Shown in pieces: positions 1 to 14,037 of a DNA stretch of 64,000 nucleotides. The DNA lies in contig NC_043003.1 in assembly GCF_006345805.1 (NCBI RefSeq), forward strand, positions 23,870,001 through 23,934,000, written 5' to 3'. Each line of letters starts with the position of its first letter. Position 1 is the stretch's first letter. Below the pieces are notes generated by a model. That model had not been told where the DNA came from. It was given only the letters and a program-made list of their open reading frames with translations, and ran no database searches. Position numbers and translations under genes: made by a program. Source of the stretch: Octopus sinensis (Eukaryota).

Positions 1-48
1 TAAAGGACGAGACGTTCCCAAGAATACTTCTAGACGTCGAAAGAAATC

Positions 49-125
<77 letters not shown>

Positions 126-140
126 TATAGATAGATAGAG

Positions 141-220
<80 letters not shown>
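49..220. repeat. (AGAT)n tetranucleotide microsatellite
   Basis: Nearly perfect AGAT run; it explains the YLSI-repeat ORFs in the track. Confidence 0.97.
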
Positions 221-224
<4 letters not shown>

Positions 225-368
225 TGAATATACATTATATATGTATGCATCAATATATGTCCATTGGACATATACTTGTGTGTGTGCGTGCGCGTGTGTG
301 TGTATACATATATGTATGTGTATACGCATATTTGTAGGTATACAAATATGAGCGCAGGTACAAATATA

Positions 369-757
369 GGCGCAGGAGTGGCTATGTTGTAAGTAGCATG
401 CTAACCAATCACATGGTTTTGAGTTCAGTCCTACTGCATAGCACCTTTGGAAAGTGTCTTCTACTATAGCCTCGGGCCGACCAGAGCCTTTTGAATGAAT
501 TTGCTAGACAGAAATTTAAGGGAGCCCGTTGTATGTGTGTGTTTGTGTGTGTGTATTTGTGTGTCTGTATTTGTTCCCCAACCAGCGCCTGACAATCGAT
601 GCTGGTGTGTCTACGTCCACGTAAGCTAGCGGTTCTGTAGAACGACTCGATATAATATGTACTAGGCTTACAAAGAATAAGTCCTTGGGCGATTTGCTCG
701 ACTAAAGGCGGTAGTCCTGCGTGGCCACAGCCAAATGACCGAAAAGTAAAAGAATAA
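369..757 (+). mobile_element. tRNA-derived SINE, family A (diverged full-length copy)
   Basis: Head GGCGCAGGAGTGGCT...GAGTTCAGTCC (A/B-box-like), body ...AAGTGTCTTCTACTATAGCCTCGGGCCGACC..., tail GGCGGT...TGGCCACAGCCAAATGACCGAAAAGTAAAAGAA. Colinear with the copy at 35890-36294. Confidence 0.88.
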
Positions 758-787
758 CAGAATATATATATATGTATAACTATAGGT

Positions 788-820
<33 letters not shown>

Positions 821-1639
821 GCTGCTATAACCGGTAATTCTCGGGTGTAAAGATGTTCTATTGAAACGCCTTATATAAGAAAGCAATTTCGTTTTAACTG
901 CCACAAAAGCTGTATTTTCCGTCACGGAAAAGTACAAAAGAGCTGTCAGCTGGAGGAGGGAGACATTGTAGGTGGTTGGTGGGAGAGGTTTTCGGAGATT
1001 GGCGAGAACGATTGTTGGAGGTTGGTTATTGAGGTTATATAAATACATGAATGAAGTGTTTGAAGAAAGTGCAGTTATAACGTTCACACTTACTGATGGT
1101 CGCTCTCAGTAACTGCCTTTAAATTACGGAGCTCTTGTTTTTATAGCTATCGAAAAGCAACCAGAAGGATAGACATATTGTTGAGAACAAATGATTTCGT
1201 TGGAAGTGTGTTATCTCCATTCCAGCCAGTGGTGGCCTAGAAGAGGTTAGAAGGGTCATGCGGCAAGGACATCATTCTGCTTTGCGAAGGCATCTATGAA
1301 ATGTATAACTGCTGTCATTCACAGAAAAAACTATCGTTTCACTGTGAGAAAAGCGCTGTTGAAGTGTTAAGTGGAATTTGGCAATCGAGGATCGCATCCA
1401 CGCTGTCTGCGTGAAGCCACTACAAATAGGTTATGGAATATAAAATTAATCTACTGTCATGGAAAGTGTGTACCTGTAAAAATGCAGATTCATCGGCGTA
1501 ATGGGCATTCAAAAAAGTATGTATAGAAATGCATGAATGAACTAATTAACGTTTAAGATTCAAATCAAGGAATAGCAATAATAATGTTTTGCAGTTCAAA
1601 ACTGTGAGTAGTGAAAATCAAATATTGATCACTTCACTA

Positions 1640-2137
1640 AAATCTGGAGGTGGTATGGGTTATTTCCCTTGGGTTGTTGGAATAAAATATTAGTAATATG
1701 TAGTAGATACAGGGATGCATTGGAGCCCTAAAATCGATTTTTTTTCAATAACCTAAGTATTTCACGAGATTTCCAGACATGAGTTCTACTTACGTACCAA
1801 ATAAAGTGATATTGACTGCAAAAATTACAAAAAAATCAATATTCAAAGTAATCGAACATAAACAATGAAATGGATTATTTCTGTTGAGCGTTTAAAAAAA
1901 TATTGTGCAGATGCTATGGGTTATTTCCCTTGGTTATCAAAAAAGTTAGTTATATGAGGTAGATATAAAGGTCTCATCCAAGGACCGTATTATACATTTT
2001 TCAACAATCTAAATATGTCACGAGTTCTACTCACGTGTCAAGTTTCATTTAAATCAATAAAAGATGGAGGAGTTAGCTAACAACATACCGAGTTAGCTAA
2101 CAACGAACACATACCGATTTTCCACATATGTAGTAGA
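1640..2137 (-). mobile_element. Helitron-like non-autonomous element, 5' portion with internal diverged duplication
   Basis: Minus strand starts A|TCTACTACATATGTGG, the same 5' end as 46048. Internal duplicate blocks TATGGGTTATTTCCCTTGG...GAGTTCTACT at about 1653 and 1915. No 3' CTAG or hairpin found. Confidence 0.5.
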
Positions 2138-3792
2138 TATATATATATTTATGTATACATTCATACGTACATACATACATACTTACATATATACATACAT
2201 GCATTATGTATTATACCGTAAACACACACGCACACACACACGCACAAACACACACGCGCACAAACACACACACGCACAAACACACACACGCACAAACACA
2301 CACACGCACAAACACACACACACGCACAAACACACACACGCACACACACTCTTTTGCCACTAACTAACATTAAGACCATTTGTTGAGGCAAAAATATACG
2401 AAGAAGGGTAATTTGAAGCGATCTATGTCGGAAAAAGAGATATATTTATATCTTAATGGTACATCTTCTATGCAATCTCAAGAAACCTTCTATTTAAATA
2501 GATGCAAATGAAAGAATGATGTCGGTACCGAAATATATTCATAAATCATAACCGAATGTTTCCGATAACACGGAAAGCAAATGGAACGGTAGACTGTGTT
2601 TTCTGAAATATCTAAAATGACGTCTAAACAAAGTGACTTTGTATTTAATTTTTGCACCTTACTCAAGGTCGAAAAAGTTTTACATAGCAGTTGGTCTTAG
2701 AGAACCACCAAGCGATGCATCAAAGTATTTATAAATTGCCATCAATTGATTGTCAGCATTAAATTACTATGTGTGTGTGTGTGTGTTTTTTTTTATATAT
2801 GTGTATATATACATATATATATTTATATATACATTTATATATATATATATATATATATATTGGTTTATATATATATATATATACGAATTGGAACAGTCAC
2901 AAAGAGTGACAGGCGTGAAGAGGACAAAAATTAAGTGGCCGAAAGCAAATGACGCAGCGAGTTCTTCTATATATGGTTGAAGACCAAAACTGGGTTTAAA
3001 GTCGTAACATGCCGGCAGGAAAATAACATCACTAGGTGAGACAAGCTTGGCGGCCTGTCCGAACACCCTCTAAGAGAATGTACTGATTTTGTGCACCCCG
3101 ACTGATTCTGTTGACTCTGGTGTATTCCCGAGTTCCATTTTCCTTCCATACGCTTCATTCTATCCACGTAAGACTTTCCAACGTCTTCAGCAATATTGAG
3201 TAATGCAAATATAACCACTCATTATTCTTCTCTTTTCTTCCCTCACCCTCTCTGTTCTATTTTACCGACGCTTATCGAAGCTTACTGACCTCACATAACA
3301 TCCAGTCTGGAAAATTCAATATACTGCTCGCTACTCTTTTCATCCATCGTAGCTTCCCTACCATCACAGGATTTTCTCTAGCCACGACGTCCAGACTTTA
3401 TAGTCTAGAACCTACTCCTTCTTGTATTCTTTGCCTGTGTTCTCCTTTCAGCCATTCTACTCCTAACTGCCAAAAACATTAATGGCATGACATCAATCTT
3501 ATCGGCCCCGAAAGGGCCAAGGTGACAGCTCATTTCTTTAGGCCAACTTTAATGAAAAGATGCATTAGTAGATCTTTAAGTAAGAATATTGACATGTTCT
3601 ATTGTGACTATGTTTATACTATGACCTATTGAAGGTAGAATTCCCAGCAAGATCATCTTTACTCTTTCATCCATCTGTGGTTGATATCATAATTAACATC
3701 TAAGAACTTGGCCAGATTAAAATGCCTCACTCTCCATCACATACGTAGCCTTATAACCTTGTGAGAAATGAATTTCTCTTAGTATTAGGGCT

Positions 3793-3946
3793 CTTCTTCT
3801 TCTTCTTCTTCTTCTTCTTCTCTTCTTCTTCTTCTTCTTCTTCTTCTTCTTCTTCTTCTTCTGCTTCTTCTTCTTCTTCTTCATCATTTTCCTCTTCTCT
3901 TCCTCTTCTTCTTATTATTATTTTCATAGTAGTAGTAGTGGTATTG

Positions 3947-3986
<40 letters not shown>

Positions 3987-3987
3987 C

Positions 3988-4052
<65 letters not shown>
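3793..4052. repeat. Compound (TTC)n / (TAG)n microsatellite
   Basis: Direct reading; source of the poly-F/S/V ORF. Confidence 0.95.
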
Positions 4053-4054
<2 letters not shown>

Positions 4055-5448
4055 AGCTTACATTGAACTATTGTTTAGTACATGCATTTGAGTTTATATT
4101 AGATAGAGTACTCGAATGCTTTAGTAATTATCAATCCCGACCACAATCGCATTAGGTCCGTTAATCTATATTGACATTACATATTTATTATCGATATGAT
4201 TAAGTAGAAATTTTGAGTCACAGTAATTTGAAAACCGGAAATTAATGCTTTTGCATCTCCGAAATATTTGGCAGCAGAAATAACAACATGTTTCCAATAA
4301 ATTTTCTCCAGGAATGCATCAATATAGATAATATGTATGGTCGAAATGGAATCATTATAATCCTGGCATGATATTCGTGTCAGTTATGAGTACAGATCAA
4401 ATGCAAAGTTTCCAATAATTCATTTGTGTATGCTAGGAAACCAATTTACAACATCTGTTACATGGAATTTGCCAGTTGCTCGATAAATAAGCTATCTTTC
4501 GTTAGAAATCTCGAAGAAATCAGTAATACAGACATTATAAAAAAAATTATCGTGCATCAATGACCTTTATATACTTAAACGATATACTATTTAAATCTCA
4601 TATTTGATCCAGTTCTCATTCTACAACTGTAAGTTCTGTATCTATAAAAGCTGTAGCATTTCAATTATCAAGTAACGTCTAGTTTTCGATCTATATTTCT
4701 GTCCACTCTGGTAACATACGATGGCAAAATATGAAAACTGAAATTTAAATCGATTGTGCTAACGAGGTGTTTACGTTTGATTCGATGTCTTTCGGATAAC
4801 ATTGGAAAACAAATTCACCATGTGAAATTGGTAGATGAGACGCACTTGCCTATTCTAATCAGAACTTTATGTTTACTACGCACAAAAAACGAAGCAGCCT
4901 TCTTTTCGCATTTGCATTATTATATAAGCATAGTCTTGAAAGTAGCAGAAGTTTTCACCATATTTCTATAGAACGGCTGTCGACGTATCAATAAGTAAAG
5001 TTATATTCATACAGAAGTATAATATCGATTTATTTTATTACTTAAGAAAATTGAAAACAGAAAATATTTCTAGATATCGTTGATGTCAGTAAATCTTAAT
5101 ATAGAGAACATTTTAAAATGCTATTTTTACCCACCGGAAAGGAGGAGGATAACCTTGAAAGGACATAGCGCCTCTAGTACAACTGTCTCTGTTCATCAGT
5201 CCATTAAATGTTCAAGATGAAAGATACGTTATTTCTTAATGATTTCGCAGTATAATAGAAAATAATGGAAAACAATGTATCATTAGCGATTTGAGAATTA
5301 ATACTGATATTACTCCAAACGACTACTCGGAATTGGCTGATATAAATTAAATCATATCAATAGCATCCAACAATAAATTGAAGCTTTCCTTCAGAATATT
5401 CTAGTACCTAATATTTCTGTTATATATATATATATATATATGTACACG

Positions 5449-5528
<80 letters not shown>

Positions 5529-6573
5529 CATATTTGTTTTTCCTTTTTATTACTCTGTTTTGTCCCTACTTATTTCCGGTCCTGTTTTTTTTTTATATGT
5601 TTGTTTCAAGACGTCAACTTTAATTCATTTCCATTCCAGAATAGTTTCTTAATGCTTGCAACTTTTTTTTTCTTTCCTTCTCAGCTTCAAACAAAGAAAA
5701 CTAGTAACAAATAAAAGAAATGAGTTTTACCAGTTTTAGTTGCAATCATATCAACGCTAGCAAATACATGCTAACCCTGACCTTTTCCTTAATAATATCT
5801 GACGGGTGAAATTCTATATTTGCTAAATTATGGAAAAAATGAAATAAAAATAAAATAAAGCAATTAAACGAAATCAGAACTCGTGAAAATTGTTTGGGAT
5901 ACTTTGTATAAAAATTGATATTATTGATTTTATTTCTTATACAAGATTCTTTTAATATTTATATATTTGTTTTAAGATTGTCTGACAAATCAATAAATAT
6001 TTGACTGCCGACAATAATCTCATCAAAGGCGATAAGAGTTTCTTCTTAAGTGATATGTTATGTACACCAATATTCATACAACAAAAGTATTATAAATTTA
6101 GTAGTGATCATATTATTATTTTTTTTTTTACTTACTAATATCATTTGGTTTACTTTGTATTTGTCTCTTAATTTACGTATTCGCCAAATATTAACCTTTT
6201 AGGCGATGTAGACTTACCGAGGATGTTTTCTGTATTTCACGATAATACAATAGTGTCTGTTCACTTCTTCATCGAAGGATATCAACAACTCGTATTTGGA
6301 CTATATTTCTATTGGAAAAGAAAAAAGAAAACTGCTGTTATTCTTTCCCAGTATTTGATACTTAAGTAAATAAACAATTATATTCTATAATTATTTACAT
6401 AAAATTATATATATACATCGTACATACACAAATATATACATATATATATATATGTATATATATATAATATATATATATTATATATATATATATGTGTGTG
6501 TGTGTATGTATGTATGTATGTATATATATATATATATATAATATATATATATATGTGTGTGTGTGTATGTATG

Positions 6574-6616
<43 letters not shown>

Positions 6617-6670
6617 GTATGTATATATATATATATATAATATATATATATATTATATATATATATATAT

Positions 6671-6702
<32 letters not shown>

Positions 6703-6910
6703 GTTAATCCAAACATGAAAACAAAAAGAGAAAACACAACAACGCGAGGACGTGGAACAAGTATAGCGTTATTGGACGCTCAGGAAAGGAAAGAAAGAAG
6801 GAGGATTTAACGTTCGAGCGAAGCTCTTCGTCAGAAACATAGGAAAAGGAAAGATCCAAGGAAGGGAAGACGGAGGAAAAAAATTGCCAACGATACACAC
6901 GCGGTCACAT
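6703..6910 (-). mobile_element. ~200-bp Penelope-like (pLTR-type) repeat carrying a minimal hammerhead motif
   Basis: Colinear with 27200-27403 and partly with 31573-31683. Minus strand reads GTTT-CTGACGA-A-GAGC-TTC-GCTC-GAA-CGTT-AAAT (6805-6838). Abuts (TA)n. Confidence 0.7.
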
Positions 6911-7615
6911 ATGTATGTATGTATGTATGTATGTATGCAGGTAGGTAGATAGATAAGTAGGTAGGTAGGTAGGTATTTACGCACGTACTTCCGTACATAA
7001 GTATGTATGTATATTCATATGAATATATGTAATTATTTATGAGTTCTGAATTATCTCGCAGGCAAATGAAAGAGGAGATTCAAAGGGTCCAACATTGTGT
7101 ATGACTATTTTACAAGGTATCCCTCTGTTCCTTTTATTTATATGAAGTTAATATAGAGATTTGTGAAGAAACGAAGGTGAACATGATGTCGTTCGTTCCC
7201 ATGATCGCTAACCGAGTCGTCCTGTCGTTAAACACGCTCCAACCACGATCTTCCCATAGTATATATTGTACATAATACCATGTTATCCTATGTGCCTTTA
7301 CACATCTATATCACAGATAGAGCAAGAATTATGCACGATTTGCATAACTTTGAGAGATTAACCTCGTATAAAAAGGGATTGTCACGATTGGTTTGCATTT
7401 AGTCCATAGTTTGTATGAGCCGGAGCTAAACAACTAAAACAACACTGTAAAAATATTAAACATACAACATTATATTCACAATAGACATTATCATAGTTTT
7501 ATGACTCTCACTGAACATCACTTCAGGCAAATATCTTCAGCTATATCACCGAGTCGACTAATACCCAGCGACATGGCTGGGGTATTTTGGGGATGAACAA
7601 GTAGTGTATATACAC

Positions 7616-7890
7616 AGGGCGTTCGAGTGAAATTTGACGATTTGTTATGGATGTCTCCTTTTTTTCCAGGAAAAGTTTGATGTAATGCTGAACAATCAAC
7701 GGCGTTTAGAGCATAAAGATAAAAGTTGTAACTGACATTAAGCTATCTAAAATGAAGGTCTAGACGCCGTCTGAATATAGGAAAAGAGTTACTTGCATAA
7801 TGATGATTAATCCCAGGTATCAAAATGCTGACATCGTGACTGCTGCTCAATGCTCTGTGAACAACTTAGAGGCTGTAAGACGTGGAATGA
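7616..7890 (+). mobile_element. Degenerate Tc1/mariner-like 5' fragment
   Basis: CAGGG-type start near a TA run, then a broken reading MK..TPSEYRKRV...NADIVTAAQCSVN resembling a transposase N-terminal HTH. Confidence 0.35.
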
Positions 7891-8064
7891 TTAATTATTG
7901 TGAAAACCAAGGTCTCCGAAACTGTGATGGACTTTGACTCTGTCCCTAGTTAGAGTGACATAATGCATTTAGGCTCGACCAAAACAGCTATCTTACGCGG
8001 CTAGAGACTGGGGAAAACCTGGCTGTGGAGAGTTACTGCACATATAAAGGGCAGCAGGATCCTT

Positions 8065-8610
8065 ATTTCCTTACTGCCTACAAGGGGCTACATACAGAGG
8101 GGACAAACAAGGACAGACAAACGGATTAAGTCGATTATATCGACCCCAGTGCGTAATTGGTACTTATTTGATCGACCCCGAAAGGATGAAAGGCAAAGTC
8201 GACCTCGGCGAAATTTGAACGCAGAGAGTAACGGCAGACGAAATACCTATTTCTTTACTACCCACAAGGACAGATAAACGGATTAAGTCGATTATATCGA
8301 CCCCAGGGCGTAACTGGTACTTATTTGATCGACCCCGAAAGGATGAAAGGCAAAGTCAACCTCGGCGAAATTTGAACTCAGAACGTAACGACAGACGAAA
8401 TACCTGTTTCTTTACTACCCACAAGGACAGATAAACGGATTAAGTCGATTATATCGACCCCAGTGCGTAACTGGTACTTATTTAATCGACCCCGAAAGGA
8501 TGAAAGGCAAAGTCGACCGCGGCGGAATTTGAACTCAGAATGTAGCGGCAGACGAAATAACGATAATGATTTCACCCGGCGCGCTAACGTTTCCGCCAGC
8601 TCGTCACCTT
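8065..8610 (-). mobile_element. Head-to-tail trimer of tRNA-derived SINE family B (Meta-domain-like core)
   Basis: Three copies of ...GATTAAGTCGATTATATCGACCCCAG...ATCGACCCCGAAAGGATGAAAGGCAAAGTCGACC...AATTTGAAC...CAGACGAAATA. Junctions at 8247/8248 and 8404/8405 (157-bp period). Only the last unit keeps the A-box head. Confidence 0.9.
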
Positions 8611-9012
8611 ACTTCAAAGAAAATAATGAATCAAATCTCCACGTATCAATACTTCATGCTGAAGGTGTACTCTAATATATATTTTATTTAGCAACAGTTT
8701 CAAAAATGATCGTTTACGAAACATCAACACGAACAGCAACAACAACTGGAGTTTTATAAACGTGAAAGAAAATAAATACATGTTATGCAAGAATAACTTA
8801 TATTCAGTTACAACTTTTTCTTAGAAACGCATTAACTTATTTATGAAAATGGTAGGCGTTATAGTTATATTCTAATCAGTCTTTGCGTGGTTGAAGGAAC
8901 AAACACACGTATACCGATTTATATATACCATCGTTTAAAATAATATATGATATAATGGAAATAATATTATACGTTTCTAATAATAAATGTACACACACAC
9001 ACACACACACAC

Positions 9013-9056
<44 letters not shown>

Positions 9057-9810
9057 ATATTATTGTACAATATTATTAAAATGTGTGTAAACTATATTTG
9101 AATGTGTGTGGTTATATATATGCACAAGTACACAGACATATACACACAGACATATACGTATATATATATACATATATGTTATATTTTCACGCACAAACAC
9201 ATACACGCACACATATATACATATATATGTATATATATCTATGTATATGTATTAATATGTAATATATACATGAATATACATATATGTGTGTGCGTAGATA
9301 TCTATACACACACGTCTATGCGTGTTTGCACAATAGTAGACGTGTAGATGACATTTAAGCACGGCTGTGTAGCTTCTTGATTGAGTCAATTCTTCTTATA
9401 ACAATCAGTTTAATCAACACAGCGTTCGCCATCGCAACTGGAATAATCTGGTGACGTATATATATGTTTTCCTGAATAACATTTACAACAGGCTACCTTA
9501 TGTAAGAAGTGGGCTACTTCATATATTAGGTTCGGGTCCTATCTGAAGCTTATTTTTTATAGTTTCATTATAGTCAAGTAAGAGGTCAATTGTAGTCTAA
9601 CTTTTTGTGCCTGATAGTATGCTTCGCTTTTCAATACATACCTTACATTTCTTTTGCTTTTACAGTTATTTACACTTTTAGTGCTGTTAACTTTCCAATT
9701 GCGGTCGTACTTGAGTCCCGCGTTCAAATGTGCTAGTTGAACATATCAACTCGTGTCTGCCATTCGTTTCACTTTGATACGTGCTTTTACCAATCATAAT
9801 TTATCAAATA

Positions 9811-10210
9811 CTAGTAGTATCGCCCGGCGTTGCTCGGATTTGTAAGGGAAATAACTATATAAGCCTTTTTAGAGAGTTATAGCCAAAAAATAGCAAAACA
9901 AATGCATTAAAAATGGAAAAAAATTATGGTAAATTTTTTTTTAAATCGTTGACACATCGTAGACATTTTTAGAGAGTTACTTCCCTTATATAATAGTGAC
10001 AAAAATGCATTAAAATCGAAACAAAATGATGGTAAATTATTTTTAAAATCGTAGACTCATCGTAGACGCGCGCTAATACCCAGAAGGGCTCGATATGAAT
10101 CACGACTATAAGATACCCGCTTTTGGTTACACTGCACCGCAAAATGTGGGAGTAGTTAGGAATCTAAATCGTAGGAGACAGACACACAACTTCACTTTTA
10201 TATATAAAGA
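9811..10210 (-). mobile_element. Complete non-autonomous Helitron (400 bp)
   Basis: Minus strand 5' A|TCTTTATATATAAAAG ... GC-rich hairpin CCGAGCAACGCCGGG ... CTAG|T. Inserted between A and T with no TSD. Internal ~100-120 bp tandem duplication. Confidence 0.85.
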
Positions 10211-10215
10211 TAATG

Positions 10216-10428
10216 CGGCGAGCAGGCAGAATCGTTAACACGCCGAGAAAGACGCTTAGCGGCATTTATTCCGTCTTTACGTTCTGAGTTCAAATTCAGG
10301 AGAGGTCGACTCTGCCTTTCATCCTTCAAGAACGATAAATAAGTATCAGTTGAATGCTGAAGTCGATGTAACCGTCTTAGCCCCTTTCCCGAAAACGCTG
10401 ACCGTGTGCCAAAATTTGTAACCATCAA
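10216..10428 (+). mobile_element. SINE family B (diverged)
   Basis: GCGGCGAGCAGGCAGAATCGTTAACACG...GAGTTCAAATTC...GCCTTTCATCCTT...GATAAATAAGTATCAG...CCAAAATTTGTAACC. Confidence 0.82.
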
Positions 10429-10550
10429 ATTTGTTTTCTTCGTTTTATACAGGTTTTATACAGGTGAAGATAAACTTGGATGTGGATACGGATATAAACG
10501 TATAAATACACAAACACAAATAAACACACACACACACGCACGCACGCACG

Positions 10551-10594
<44 letters not shown>

Positions 10595-10820
10595 GATATA
10601 TATACGACATGCTTCTGCATAGTTTCCACCTTCAGTCTTGAATCTTAGGATATGGCAAGAACATGCAAGTTATAAACTTCCATGTAGAGGGATCGAGCCT
10701 CGAACCATGTACATGCAAAGCTAATTAATTTCATCACAAAAATTTGCTCACACGTATACAAATACACAAATATATATAGATATGTTGAGTTCTATTGGCC
10801 TATTAACATCGTCAAAAGTT

Positions 10821-10889
<69 letters not shown>

Positions 10890-10939
10890 GTGTCATCAGG
10901 TGTCTTAGGAATGAGAACCCATGTTCAAAATTTCTCCAA

Positions 10940-10985
10940 GACACCTGATGAAGGCTTGAGGGTATATGATCCGAAACGTTGTGTT
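10940..10985 (+). ncRNA. Minimal hammerhead ribozyme motif in a short Penelope-like repeat (10893-11040)
   Basis: ACAC-CTGATGA-A-GG...CC-GAAA-C-GTT-GTGT. Stem I ACAC/GTGT, intact core, palindromic AACGTT in place of stem III, GUU cleavage triplet; stem II is weak. Confidence 0.68.
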
Positions 10986-12777
10986 AATAACAAACAAGAT
11001 GAGGACAAATATCCATCAAATGTAGATAATGTATATATCAGTTGAATAATGTTAAAACATGGTCTGGTTTTCGTGTTTTTCATTATGGTATTTACAGAAA
11101 TATCATATTTTTTTACAATGCTGGAGTATGTTAATCTTTAAAAAGAGATATTTTTTAATGTTCAGAAAGTTCAACTATCGCTTTCATACGCTCATAGTAA
11201 TCGTCAGATTTAAAAATATATTTTACTGACTGTTTGAAAATTGTTGTAAAATGACTGACTTCGTTTTCTACCTTTTAGGAAGCTCCAACAAACCTAATCA
11301 TTGGAGTACAACTTTGACCAATCCGCATGCAGCTTAAACGTCACGGTTTGCCGCGTGCACCGATATAACTGGCGTAAACACTAACTTTGATCTATTAGCT
11401 TGCGGTTTACATGTTTTATGAGTGAGCAAACTTAGTTGATTTCGATCCTTATATTTCAGTTGGTGGGAGACTTCTGTAATTGGTTTATATTTTTATGTTA
11501 AAGATATTTTTTAATCCACATCATTAACTGTTAGTTATATTTATGGATTAGACTTGCCAACCACACTACTTATATATGTGCGTGTGTGTGTGTCTGTGCG
11601 TGCGTGTGCGTGTGTGGGTGTGTGCGTGTGTGTGTGCGTGAGTGTGTATGTGCCCGCAATAACCGTGCATAACATTATTGCACCAGCAGTCGGTTTCACC
11701 CGCGCTTGCATCTACATGTTCAATGCTCACAGCAACGCCCACCTATTCAACTGGGCATGAGGTAGTTGCACAGCGAGTTATTGCACAATCTCACAGACTC
11801 TCTCCACATGTCTGGCTTCATCCAATAACAAGGCAGGAGAAGATATCGAGTCGTAGGCTCAAGAATATGGGTGTGTCGTGATCTCAAGCACAACCAAAAG
11901 ATCCCCTTCCATATCTGATTTTATATTAGAGTGACCATCTTCTATATACATACATCTCTATATATAAAACTGAAATGCGTTTTTACCGCTTGGTTCGCTT
12001 TCAATGCCACTACATCCCGTCCGATTCGCTCAAAAATTTACAGGTACATGTAGAATGAGGTGACGATGCGCGTGGGCTACCTTACAAATCCCTATCTTAA
12101 AAGGTGTGGTTGCTAGGGACCATCTTCCTACCTCACCCTATTTCCTCCAGTACTCTGTCACTCCTCTTCATTTGACAATGCAACTACCGTTATTTAATGT
12201 AAAGTTCCTCAAATCACTCTGTAGCTATTTACTCTCTTCCAAGAACATTTTCACTCACTCTATCTCTTACCTTCCTATACATTTACTCATGTATCTCTCA
12301 GCGTTCATGGACAGTAACAAATATTACTCGCCATCCCCATCGCCATCGCATTCTATTGTCTACCTGTCAAAACACACACACGCACACACATATATTCATA
12401 TATCTAATATTATATTTTTATTTTTATGTTTTTGTTTTTGTTTTTTTACTGTTTCATTTCCCTAGTAGTGGTTTTATCTCTAATTTAATTTCTACAGCGT
12501 GCACAACACACAACACACACACACACACCTATATGTAGCCCCAGTACACCCGAATGAAATCGGGTTCTCTTCATCAAAATGTGAAAAGGGGTCTACAATT
12601 ATCATCGCCACAACTTATGTATGTCTTCCTCACTCACTCACTCTTTTTCCTAATGATAATTATCATCGCCACCACCAACACCACCAACACACAATCTGGA
12701 CAATCTTTCTCTTATAACAAATCATGTTTACATTGCAACGACGTCTGCCACCTCCGCCGTCTCTATTTATTCTGCAA

Positions 12778-12971
12778 ATGACCAGAACTCGGGAAACTTA
12801 GTTTAGTGTTCTATGGTCTATGACCAGAACTCGGGAAACTTGGTTGAGTGTTCTATGGTCTATGACCAGAACTCGGGAAACTTGCTTGACTGTTCTATGG
12901 TCTATGACCAGAAATCGGGAAACTTGGTTCAGTGTTCTATGCTCTATGACCAGAACTTGGGAAACTTGGTT
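12778..12971. repeat. 42-bp minisatellite, ~4.6 copies
   Basis: ATGACCAGAACTCGGGAAACTTGGTTGAGTGTTCTATGGTCT starting at 12778, 12820, 12862, 12904 and 12946. Confidence 0.95.
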
Positions 12972-13660
12972 GTGTCCTCATCTTATAAAATGTGGCCCCA
13001 GTAGACCCAAATTAAATCGGGTTATATTAACCAAAAGGTGAAAAGGGGTATAAATGGGGCTGGAAGGGGATTAAAATTTAAAGGAGCGGGTGTTTAGCAA
13101 TTCTCTGTTACATCAAGCTAAAAAATTTGCTCCAGCCTTTTAATCGCCAATGTGTTGCCGTCCATGATGAAGAAGTTTTCAATGCTTGCCATCGTGAGTC
13201 TAATGTCGTGAGAAAGAATCAAGTCAAAACTTGGTTTTTAGGGATTTTCTTTACATCAAGTTCAAACTTTTACGCCAGCCGTTGAACTGTCAATACGTTG
13301 CTGTCCGTCGTTAAGAAATGCCAGCCATGGTGACTCTACTATCTTCAAATTCTATCCCTTCAAACTTGGTTTCCAATATTTTATTATTTTTATTCAGCTC
13401 GCAAGTTCGTCTGTCCCTTTTAATGTTAGTGTTTTTTTGTCTGTCTTCAAGCAGACCTTTCCTTTGTAACTGCCTGATATTTATGATTGATCTTTCTAAA
13501 TATTTTATTTCTCAACTTACTCAAGATCTTCTGTTGTTTATAAATGGGAGAGAGATACATAAAGATAGAGAGTAAGAGAAAGCGAGGGAGAGTCCGAGAG
13601 AAAGGAAGAGTAAGAGAGTGGGAAAGTGAGAGAGAAAGGAGAAAGAAACAAATAGGGAGA

Positions 13661-13970
13661 ATCATCATCATCATCATCATCATCGTTTAACGTCCGTTTT
13701 CCGTGCTAGCACGGGTTGGACAGTTTGACAGGGGAAGCCAGGAGGCTGCACCAGGCTCCAGTCTGATCTGGCAGTGTTTCGACAGGTGGATGCCCTTCCT
13801 AACGCCAACCACTCTGTGAGCGTAGTGGGTGCATTTTTCGTGCCGCCTGCACAGGTGCCAGGGGGGCTGGCAGCGGACACGATCGGTTGGTGCTTTTTAC
13901 GTGCCACCAGCACAGAAGCCAGTCAAGGCGGCGCTGCAATCCGCCACGTTCGGATGGTGCTTTTACGTGC
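13661..13970 (-). mobile_element. 5'-truncated SINE with RTE-like body/tail and (GAT)n terminus
   Basis: Minus strand GGTTGGCGTTAGGAAGGGCATCCA...GGAAAACGGACGTTAAACGATGATGATG; internal repeats of GGTGCTTTTTACGTGC. Confidence 0.7.
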
Positions 13971-14037
13971 TGAAAGGAAGCAACAGAAAGTAACAACCAT
14001 ACTCTTACCCGCGCGTAGAGCGGGTCACCTTCAGCTA

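Noticed and set aside
2885-3760. Possible old LINE fragment (also 830-1520 and 62020-62750)
   Set aside because: Composition suggests decayed TE coding sequence, but I could not read diagnostic motifs.
4100-4740. Possible coding relic on the minus strand (Cys-rich CCYFCCQIFRRCKSINF)
   Set aside because: Stops in all frames, no convincing splice sites and no family I can recognise.
12813-13004. 14-aa repeat ORF MVYDQNSGNLVECS
   Set aside because: By-product of a 42-bp minisatellite inside a Helitron; it is open in two frames and has no gene context.
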